Source of the DNA: Eledone cirrhosa
Taxonomy: Eukaryota
Direction of reading: 5' to 3'
Assembly: GCA_964016885.1 (NCBI GenBank)
Contig: OZ024750.1
Span: 6,200,001 to 6,264,000, forward strand
Length of the DNA: 64,000 bases
In this document: positions 53,844 to 64,000 of the stretch, piece after piece
How positions within the stretch are numbered: position 1 is the first letter of the stretch
Layout of the letters: each line of letters begins with the position of its first letter
Position numbers and translations under genes: made by a program
The notes under the pieces: generated by a model
What the model saw: only the letters and a program-made list of their open reading frames with translations
What the model was told of the DNA's origin: nothing
Databases searched by the model: none

Positions 53844-53992
53844 TTTTAATATAGATGAGATCCTACAGGACTAGAAGTGTTTCATTCTTTAGAATCCTGT
53901 AGAATCTCATCTATATTAAAACTTTTATACTCTGCTATGTATTGAGTACCTTACTTACTGTGATTCCCTCCGATTCAACCCGGAATATCTTA
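53835..53992 (+). mobile_element. PLE-like family H fold-back copy with tail, in (TA)n
   Basis: Inverted arms 53835-53870/53895-53929; minus strand GAAACACTTCTAGTC^CTGTAGG is a hammerhead 3' half. Confidence 0.65.
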
Positions 53993-54004
53993 CATATATA
54001 TATA

Positions 54005-54345
54005 TTAATAAAAGGAATTCCAACTTTGTCTGATTTAGTCGTTTTATTTACAATTCTTTAAAATTATAATGGTATTAGAATGAAATAGTATGGTAGAATA
54101 TTAAATGTTAAGTTTTAATTGAACAAGTACTTTCATGCTTTCGCAATCTTCAGGTTCATATTTTGTGGTGACAGTCAAGTTTGCAATTTTCAACTGTAAT
54201 GAGATGCCTTATATACAGTGAAAAGCGGCTACAGGATGCTAAGTTTTGCAAACTGTATTTCGACCAATCGGTGTGTAGTTTCACTGGATTACTAAAGCTG
54301 ATTGGTTTAGGCGTCACGGTTGGTTGAGAATGTCTTACGACTTCT
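54005..54345 (-). mobile_element. PLE-like pseudo-LTR (CCAAT, TATA, hammerhead, AATAAA), family I
   Basis: Minus strand order: CCAATCAG (~54300), TATATAA (54209-54215), hammerhead (54120-54158), AATAAA (54043-54048), then (TA)n. Confidence 0.65.
54120..54158 (-). ncRNA. Minimal type I hammerhead ribozyme
   Basis: TGAAC-CTGAAGA-T-TGC(GAAA)GCA-T-GAAA-GTAC-TT^GTTCA: 5-bp stem I, GNRA-capped stem II, palindromic AAGTACTT. Confidence 0.8.
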
Positions 54346-54558
54346 ATTTGACCCCATCCAAAGCATCAATTGTTTTGCTATTTTTAGAAATGATGAAAAT
54401 AGCATTTTCTAGGATTTTTATAAAAAGTCTTCAGTAATCATCATCATCAACTTCACTTTTATTATTATTATTGTTGTTGTTGTTGTTAGTGGTGGTAGTC
54501 GACATGGTCGTAGGAGTAATATCCCTGTGTGTGTGTGTGTGTGTGTGTGAGTTTGTAT

Positions 54559-54666
54559 AGGAAAAGAGTCAGGACCCCGACAGCTGAGCTCCGGCCGTTT
54601 CGACAGCTAGATCCGAACTAGCTGGTGTATTAAGGTCCACCTGGTATCTTACCACACCTTCTTTGT

Positions 54667-54667
<1 letters not shown>
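54559..54667 (+). mobile_element. PLE-like family A variant copy
   Basis: Inverted arm with GAAACGGCCGGAGCTCAGCTGTC^GGGG on minus, stem II hairpin CAGCTAG/CTAGCTG, then distal tail. Confidence 0.7.
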
Positions 54668-54719
<52 letters not shown>

Positions 54720-54932
54720 ACATATGGGATATAATTTTCAGGTATATGTGTGTGCGTGTATGTGTGTGTGTGTGCGTGCATACGTGTGTGTATGTGTGTG
54801 TGCGTGTTTGCGCGTGTGCGTGTGTGTGGACTTTTGGATCGATTCGATCACTAATCTTTGTCAGGCATCTTCTTCCTGGACATTTCTATAAAATTTAACT
54901 GGATTCAAAATAAGAACTTAATCTCATAGTAA

Positions 54933-55118
54933 TACTTGTTTCTACTTTTGGCACAAGGCCAGCAATTATCCCAGTGTATTACTGGTACTTTATTTTATCG
55001 ACCCCATAAGGATGAAAGGCAAAGTTAACCTCGGCGAGATTTGAACTCAGTCCGTAAAGGGACGTAACTGTGCTGCAAAGCATGGCGTCCGACCCTCTAC
55101 CGATACTGCCAATCCACC
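54933..55118 (-). mobile_element. Meta-domain SINE with 12-bp TSD
   Basis: CATAGTAATACT on both sides. Confidence 0.9.
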
Positions 55119-58100
55119 ACATAGTAATACTGTTTTAATCTACTGTGACTTTGATTCCTGTACAATACGACTAGAGATGAAACCAATGAATGCAATGTAT
55201 ATCTAAATATGCTAAAATATTCCTGCGTTCAAGATGAGGCTAATAGATATTACTTTATTAACGCCAAACCATTTCAGACATTTAATCAAACCATTTAAAC
55301 GGTATATGTACGTCCTTTCTTATTATAGTAAGATATAAAGTGCTCTTTATATCTTCTCTGTGTTAGAAATTACTTCTAATCGGCAAACTTCAAAGGTTTA
55401 CATATACTTTGAATTTCTTTATTTACCACGGCCATAATACACTAGTTAATGATAAAATGGAAATGTATACCTTTAGGTCGACCCTTAATCCAGAATAATT
55501 TATTTTACTGCGATAACACTTAAGGAGATAAGGCAATATTTCTAAAGCTATAAACAGAGCCAAGCTAGGCTAACCGATCGTTTACAAATTAACTATGTAG
55601 ACTATAAGCAGGACACGTTTGTCTAGTTAGAAAACAATAGAATTTATTCTTGCATCTATCTCTTGTCAGACAATGGTTACAAGAACGCAAATGAAATACT
55701 CCTCCGCCTCCTAAACTTTATCGCTTCATATATTTCTTTTCTTAATTCCTTTTCGTTTTTTATCGATGTTTTCTCATGTTAAAAATTTGTCGAGATATTT
55801 AATACTTTAAATAATACTGTTGTACTATTAGTCGGAAACCAGATTAGAATTGTCCGACATGTGGACGCCTATTTGTATTCTTTATAACTTTTAACACGGT
55901 TAATTTGGGTTAGAACAAAAAAAGCCACTAGGACACGATCGCCTATGACCCAAAGGTCAAATAGTCCCTTTTATTAAAAGTTTCCATATCTCAACACACA
56001 CACACACATAAAATTCCATCTCCAGTTAAGCCTATACTACTTCACCACAAAACTAAATCACTATTCACCTACACAACATAATTTTTACAACATAAGCACT
56101 AGATTTATCTTCTGTTCACATTATTCCTCTCAAACAAACAACATTACCTCATCATTCTCTTTTTTTCTATTTTTTCTCTATCTCACATTTCCTAAATCCC
56201 CTTTTTTTTTTCTCTCACGATAATTTCTTGCAATTTTCTCTTCGTTTTTTTTTTCCCCCTTTATTTTATTTTCAAATTTGTCTTTATTTTATTATGCCTG
56301 GCTGGTTTCTAAAAGGATGTGTAATAAATTTCATGTAATTAGGTGATCACAGTGGACTTAGGATCATCAGACTAATTTAGAATAGACACGAGAGTGCCAA
56401 ATAGATTCATAACAACTAATCTAGCAATTCTAGTGGCTACATTTTGTTTTGCTATAGTAAAAAACAAAAACAAATGGCAATATTATTCTTATGTCCATTC
56501 AAAATAAATAATACATGTTATTCAATTAAAATTAAATAATGTTATTTTCATTATCAATCACATCACTACCATCACAATATCAATAACACAAAACCCCCGA
56601 ATCAGCCGAGAAACATCTTCTCCTTCCCCTTCATCTTCGCCCACTTATTTTTTAGAAAATCATGGGAGTACAGTCCTCAAACACGCCTACCAGAGGTCTA
56701 CCTCTGGGTCTCCTGCAGGTAAAATCTGTCCAGTGATTCTTTCTTTAAATATTCTAACCACACGTCAGTAGTACCTGGTCTGTGATCTATCAATTTGGAA
56801 ATTGGAAATGTAGCAGTTCTATTTGAAGTGACTCCCTGATTCCTAAACTTCACAGCCTACCTACATCCAACTTAAGAAACATCATACATAATATTCTGCG
56901 TTTTGCTCATCATACCTAAATACGTTAAGGATGTAATATATATATACTATGTTGTGAATTGTGATGTGGTTACTTGTCTCTCGTGTCTGCTGCAAAGGCC
57001 AACACTGTCTTCAAAATATTCCATCTTTTATAAGCCAAAGAATTGTTAGTAAAAGTAGTCATTAGCCTTAACTACCCTCTCCCTTGCTATCTACTTCTAA
57101 CTATGTAGCCTGGAAATAAATGTCTTTCTTTCCTTACTCATCTATGGAGAGCAGGCCAATTGTAAAAACTACTGATCCATAAACCTAGGAGCTGACATTT
57201 CTTGCAGTCAGGCATTGTGACGTCGCATGATATTATTATTGAATTCAGCGGAAAATAACAAACGGCTACATTTACACAATAAGTGAGACAGACGACTGAA
57301 AATTAATGAAAACTTGTGAATAAACTGTTATTTTGACGAATCAATGCAATACTGCAGAAGTTATTACAAGTTATGAAAAATAGAGCATAACGTATACAAC
57401 TAAGGCGGAAATAATTAGCAATTGTTTTGAATGATAGTCATAGTAATTGCAGGCAATAAACAAACCTAGAGATAAGCTTTTGCCAATAAACTTTCAAACA
57501 CTCGATGTCACGTCATGTATTTTTACTGACAAAATATAAAGACTATTGACGCCTGCTTCATAATTAAGTTTTCCCTTTCGACACATAATGTTCCGGTTCG
57601 TTTGATTTAACCAAAGCATAGAAAGTATAGCTGAGGCAGTTAGGAAATCCAAAATAATTTAATAATAGTGGGAAGCTTTTCTGATAGTTCAGCTGGTGTC
57701 TAACATAGTAAAACTTGAGGAAAATACGATTCTAAAAGTATATTCGATAACGTTAGATAATCATCCAGTATTTGCCTATTTTTTATTTGGCAGTTAGATA
57801 CAGCAAATTGAATTCTATCATATTCTTCTACTTGCTCTTGTTCTCTGAGACTGGGGTCATCCTAGGTCAGTTATCCAAGAGGCATAATTCTCTCATATAC
57901 AATTCATATATACAATTCATATATACATATGTATTTGTAAAATATAAGGTGTATACACATGAATTCTCTCATGACTTTGATAACTTTGATAGGTTTTGGC
58001 CAATATTGGCCCATGCTATAAACACATCTACTCTTGGCTTAGCCCATTGAAACTTTCTGTATTTTACATAAATATAACTAGCATGAAAGCGAACTACAAA

Positions 58101-58124
58101 TCTCTCTCGAGTCTGGAAGCTCAC

Positions 58125-58375
58125 AAGACCGGTGCTTTTCCCGGTTTTTGTACTGTTAAGCTATTGCGAGGACGAGACACCCCACTGAAAAGAACGCCAG
58201 TCCATCCCAGGGTTAAACCCCCATCTATCGCTGGTACTCATGTTCAACTAATTATACTGGATCAACGTGAAATAAAGTCTTTTTCTCAAAAACACAGAAC
58301 ACAAAGCAGTCCAGAAATCCAACTCAGGACATTATGATCGTAAGTCTAACATCGTTACTAGTAGGCCTAGTGCCA
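58125..58375 (-). mobile_element. Old CORE-type SINE
   Basis: GCTGGTACTCAT...CTGGATCAACGTGAAATAAAGTCTTTTTCTCAA matches the decayed core of the second family. Confidence 0.55.
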
Positions 58376-59109
58376 CCATTAGAAAATGAATAAGCCAGTA
58401 AAATATATAAAGAAATGCATCGGTAATATATATACAGGCATAAACGTTACAATGATATGTTCATATGAGCAGCGCATCCATGTTATGGAGTTTAGTTTCA
58501 AGATCAGGGAAATGCTGTAAATAAGATGATTTGATAAATAGCATTTGTGGCAAAGTGCTTGAGGAGAAAATATATTTCAACATAATTAAAATATATAAAA
58601 CAATATCCAACAAAATATTTACCGCTTTATATCGTTTGCGCAAACATTGACAGTTTCAAATATCTATCGTTGTCTTATAAAAGCAAAAACGTGTTGCTGA
58701 AATAGAAATGCGCGTTTATAAGTGAATTTATTCCGAAATAATATACACAGAAAGTTTTATTTAAAATAAAACAAAACAAATATTATTGTAATTACTGGGT
58801 TTGAAGAACATGGTGATACGAGCAAACAGCTTTTTAATAAATAATCAGCTATAATGGAAACTAAATAAATCAACTTGTTTTTTACCCACACTTTCCTTAA
58901 TGTAGAGTAAATATGAAATTGAGATTCTCTTTTTCTCAATTGGAATACATTATATTGATTATGTTTCCAGAATACGTTTATGTGGCTTTCATACAGCATC
59001 GAGTAAAAATATGTATATTTACTCTGTCTTTCATTTTACTCAGTCTTACAAGTCACATAATCTATAATACTAACGAAGCAAAATCGTGACACTACATAAA
59101 TCCACTGTG

Positions 59110-59199
59110 AAATTATTGGGTTGTCAAATATGAAATTTGTAGAAATTTGTAGAAAAATAAATTTCTACAAATTTCATACTTGACGACCCAATAACTTTC
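59110..59199. repeat. Imperfect inverted repeat (hairpin or MITE remnant), followed by a 35-bp tandem duplication at 59202-59271
   Basis: GAAATTATTGGGTTGTCAAATATGAAATTTGTAGAAATTT vs AAATTTCTACAAATTTCATACTTGACGACCCAATAACTTTC. Confidence 0.75.
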
Positions 59200-59274
59200 C
59201 TTACAGCGCTATATTAATCAAGTTACCATATTTGGTACAGCGCTATATTAATCAAGTTACCATATTTGGTGCAG

Positions 59275-59545
59275 CCAGTTGGTTGGGTGCCACTCTGGGC
59301 GTTTTCGCAGTGAAAAGTCACTCCCCTGTTCTGTACAAATCAACTGTTCTGTACAAATGAGTCATAGTGTTGTGACCAGTCCATTTATGGTGTCGTGGAC
59401 CATAATTTTCTTTTTTGCCTCTTCTATGCCCTCAACTGTGCCCTGGGAAATGATTTTGGACAGGTAGTCATGGTGGTATACGTGACCGTACCAGCTGAGC
59501 TTCTGTCTCTTTACTGTCTCAAGAAGACGTTCCTGTCTCTTGCAA
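59275..59545 (-). mobile_element. RTE (BovB-like) LINE C-terminal fragment
   Basis: Minus-strand translation ERLLETVKRQKLSWYGHVYHHDYLSKIISQGTVEG. Confidence 0.8.
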
Positions 59546-59919
59546 GATATTCTATTTTTTTGACGAGCTCTTACAACGACATATATTTCTATTAATATTA
59601 TTAACGCTAGAATTCATTATACTTTGCTAGTTATTAAAATATATTCTTCAGGGGCAGTAACTGCTTACAAATTGACTTCAACTAAAAATGTACGACCTCG
59701 ACTATAAAACACTCGCTACTTTCCAACTAAATATATTGATAGTTTTTCCCTGCGTAGTTTGTTAAAGATTTCTTTCCATAAATAAATGTGCCAGCAAAAT
59801 TTGGCAGGTATCAAGAAACATCTATCAGTTGCGTGACATGCTGAGAGGGGATCCACAAATGACTGGGGAAAATATTTTAGCCGTCAACATAGATATAATA
59901 TTATTAAATTGTGTGTGAG

Positions 59920-60137
59920 GGCGGTGGATTGTCAGTATCGGTAGAGGATCGGATGCCATGCTTTGCAGCATAGAGTTACGGCGCTTTATGATCTGAGTTC
60001 AAATCCCGCCGAGGTTAACTTTGCCTTTCATCCTTACAGGGTCGATAAAATAAAGCACCAGTAACATAGTGGGGTCGATTTAATTGACTTTCCCCTCCCC
60101 CAAAATTACTGGCCTTGTGCCTATAGTAGGAATTATA
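59920..60137 (+). mobile_element. Meta-domain SINE, long subfamily
   Basis: Full match to the consensus. Confidence 0.9.
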
Positions 60138-62324
60138 ATAGTGTAGCTACTAGGTGGATTGCAGCTTTACATGGATTGAGGATTCAATGTTTTATATGAC
60201 TATAATATTAAGAGGAATATCACAATAACAACAACAAACAACATCAACTGTAACCCCATTTGCTCACCATACAGAGAGATGGGGAGAGCGAGAGAGACGG
60301 AGGGGATGACAGTGGGAGTTCGGCTCTTCCACGTTTGGATCATATCCTTGTGGTTATCTTCATTATCTATAGAACAACTACAACACTTGTCGTCTGAACC
60401 GACATGAGACTGTAACAGTTATTTTTATCTATCCCACGAAGGATTTTGTATGCGATATTTCAACCTGTTCGGATTACCAGCTAAATCTCTCACAAATCCC
60501 ACTCTACAATCAGAAAAAATGGAAAGACATTCCATTTTTTAGGTCGATATTACAAGAATAACCGTCAACAGAGACTCTGAGTTCCCAAGTGTAATTGAAA
60601 CAGCATCCTATAATCTAAACTAAACTATTCCAGTATTCACCTGGTACTGAATATTCAATGTCTTGCACCTGTGGCTTTTTGATGATGAAAGTCTTAGAGT
60701 TAGCACATCTCGCTAATATGTTACAGTCTATTGCACATTATATCCAACAATATATTTGATTGAAATAGTTTCCACAGTTTTCACTACATCACGACTTTTA
60801 TGAACAACTTGATTTAACACACGGACATGTCGTTAACATACAAGTTATATGATATACATTTCTCAACTTGGAAATAATTGTCAACATCAATAGTGAAATA
60901 TCACTATGAATTCGCTCTTTCACACGTTCACTTAATATTATATAATTAATAAATCTTTTCAATGTTTAACACAGTTGGATAAATTCATGAAGAATATTTT
61001 TTCTTCTTTTACTCCTTCTTAACATGCAATGGAACAAATCAGAAATAGTTGATGCGAATTTGAAATAGTCAGAAATAGTTGATGCGAAATTATAATTGCT
61101 AATTCAGTTGATTCAATCTTTATAATAATTTAAAGAAATACCAGCTGGCTAAGATTATTCATTTGTATGAAGTTACAATCTAGAAGGAATGAATTAGAGT
61201 TTGAGTTTATGACACTAAAGTTTGTACAGTTTTCATTTCTCGTCTGACCTATAACCTATTTGATGTTCTGTTATTAATATTTTGACTTTACTTGCTGGAA
61301 CTATGAATCCTCTGAACTGATAAATATATCTTCCATCTAAGTAAGCCATATAATCTTAAGTATAATTATCCTTCAAACTATATATTAATCATATGATCTT
61401 TATCTTTGAATGTATTTATTACATGTGCGAGAAGGAACTTTAATAAAATTATAATGTGAACTTATTTAATTACGCTTCGAACTTCTTCAGTACTCTCTGA
61501 ACTGAATTAAAGGAATACTATTGAGTTCGCTTTGATTGAAGAAAAAAATGTCCGTCGTAAAGTTTTGATAAACATTGGTCAAATGTGGTTAACACTAGAG
61601 TTTGGTTTTGAATTGTAAAGCAGAGACATGAATCAATGGAGTATACACATGTACTGTTGCAATCTTTAGATCAAAGTAAAGATTGTGTCTGAAGAAAGAG
61701 CGACATTTTCAGTTGAGAACAATGTTACTCGTACAGAAATTGATTTTTATCTTTTTGTTTTCAAGCTTTATATACTAAACATACATATATATATATGAAG
61801 ATATATCTTTTTCAGATAATGTCAATTTATACATTTTAACCAAAGAAACTTTATTCGTATATTTATAGTTGTCTTGAACGCTGTAGATAGTCACCAATAT
61901 ATTAGACCATTGTGAATTGAATGCTAGCAAAAATAGAATTGTTCGATTTTAGATAAGATTGCTCTACGTCTGAATGGAATTGTTCCAATGGCATGCAATA
62001 TTACACTTGTCTATATAATAAGCTCTAATGTATATCTGTCTGTCTTAAAACAACTTTGCCAGGTTTCTAAGAATCATTACCAAATATAGCGCAGTGATTC
62101 AAATCCATTCCAAAATAATCGATGAATAAAGAAATCCCAAGTCACGTACCCTCTGGGGGTAAAACAGGAAAATTCAATACAGTAGATTGAGAAAGACTGA
62201 AAGATCTAATGGAGCGGGATGCGTGAAAGAAGAATCACATACAGCTGAGGAAGATTAATAATACGAGTTAGCAAAACATTCTTTTTATCTCCTCCTCTGT
62301 TTCTCTCTCTCTCTCTCTCTCACG

Positions 62325-62378
<54 letters not shown>

Positions 62379-62417
62379 TAGACAGATAGATTTGCATAGT
62401 AAATTGTAAGTCAGTGA

Positions 62418-62489
<72 letters not shown>

Positions 62490-62861
62490 CTTTCTTAATC
62501 TGTCGGCATAAAATCTTGCTATAAGTTAAATCATTTAATACTATCAATATGAACATTTTCTGATTCAGCAACCTGGCAATGCCGAGTGATACTTCGAGTA
62601 TCCAACAGTACTTTCTTACATTCGGCTTATGGTGTATATTGAATGTATTTTATTCTATATGGTATAAAGTTTTTACATAAATATTTGTTGTTATAGAATT
62701 ATATATTTCTTAAACAATCGCTTGTAAGACTTGTTTCTTGTTTGTACCGTTTTGGGTTTGTTTTTATACTTATATTAAGCCTATTCTACATTGTCATGGT
62801 ACTGCAGTGGTTGCTTTAAAAAACATAACTTCGGATATATTTATACTACATAGGTTTCTTT

Positions 62862-63600
62862 CAGTTGTTGTTGTTGGTGTTGTGGTGACAATGCTGGTTT
62901 TGGTGGTGGTGGTGGTGGTGGTGGTCGTTGTTGTGCTGGTGTTGGTGGTGACATTGCTGGTTTTGGTGGTGGTGAAGGTGGTGGTGGTGGTTGTTGTGCT
63001 GGTGTTGGTGGTGACAATGCTGGTGGTGGTGGTGAAGGTGGTGGTGGTGGTTGTTGTGCTGGTGTTGGTGGTGACAATGCTGGTTTTGGTGGTGGTGAAG
63101 GTGGTGGTGGTGGTTGTTGTGCTGGTGTTGGTGGTGACAATGCTGGTGGTGGTGGTGAAGGTGGTGGTGGTGGTTGTTGTGCTGGTGTTGGTGGTGACAT
63201 TGCTGGTTTTGGTGGTGGTGAAGGTGGTGGTGGTTGTTGTGCTGGTGGTGACAATGCTGGTGGTTGTGGTGAAGGTGGTGGTGGTGGTGAAGGTGGTGGT
63301 GGTGGTTGTTGTGCTGGTGTTGGTGGTGAAGGTGGTGGTGGTGGTTGTTGTGCTGGTGTTGGTGGTGGTGGTGGTGGTGAAGGTGGTGGTGGTTGTTGTG
63401 CTGGTGGTGACAATGCTGGTGGTTGTGGTGAAGGTGGTGGTGGTGGTTGTTGTGCTGGTGTTGGTGGTGAAGGTGGTGGTGGTGGTTGTTGTGCTGGTGT
63501 TGGTGGTGGTGGTGAAGGTGGTGGTGGTGGTGACAATGCTGGTGGTGGTGGTGAAGGTGGTGGTGGTGGTGGTCGTCGTTGTTGTGTTGGTGTTACTGGA
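62862..63600. repeat. (GGT)n-based higher-order tandem repeat (units ~57-63 bp)
   Basis: Recurrent GTTGTTGTGCTGGTGTTGGTGGTGACAATGCTG...GGTGAAGGTGG. Confidence 0.9.
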
Positions 63601-64000
63601 GGTTGATGGTTTCGGTTATGTTCAAGTCAAGTCATGATTGAAAAAAAAAAAATCCCTAGAATCAATGTTATTTAGTCTTTATGTTTTCCGAAACAGTCTA
63701 CTGGATACCACACCACCAGTGGTGCGTGATTCCAGAGAAGAGTTGGCTACTATATCTAGAGGTTGATTGACCTAGTAGGTGTTGCAATTCACCATCACTA
63801 CCGCTGTTATACATCATACTCCCACTGTAGCAAAATAGAAATATATAATATATAACGAAACTATTCTGCAGGAATATATATCCTCGTCATTTAAAATATT
63901 TTCTTTAAATTAAATACAATCCTTTTCCTTCTTCTTCTTCTCCCACTTATTCCTGAGAGGGTCGTGGGGGAAGAGTCCTCAACTACTTCTTCCAGCGGGT

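Noticed and set aside
54395-54442. Minus-strand CTGAAGA...GAAA
   Set aside because: Stem I cannot form
62738-63637. 299-aa Val-rich and 231-aa Pro-rich ORFs
   Set aside because: Translations of a (GGT)n-based tandem repeat; no domain or splice support

Overview
AT-rich, microsatellite-saturated eukaryotic non-coding DNA. The SINE families and (TA)n/(CA)n/(GA)n density look like an octopus (coleoid cephalopod) genome; this is recognition from memory, not a search result. No intact host protein-coding gene is supportable. Nearly all long ORFs in the track are translations of simple repeats. The window holds about 20 copies of a tRNA-derived Meta-domain SINE, several CORE-type SINEs, decayed RTE, R4/Dong, mariner and Penelope fragments, and a TTAA MITE. 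The strongest hidden signal is a dense set of at least 8 apparently unrelated short elements, almost all inside (TA)n arrays. Each carries a complete or partial type I hammerhead ribozyme (CUGANGA or UUGANAA core, stem II, GAAA, mostly palindromic stem III, NUH cleavage site), the architecture known from Penelope-like element (PLE) pseudo-LTRs. Variants include a ~61-nt extended stem II with a compensatory base change and a U3-A8 core. Many copies are fold-back inversions whose breakpoints fall in ribozyme stem II or at the predicted cleavage site. All structures were folded by eye and none is tested.
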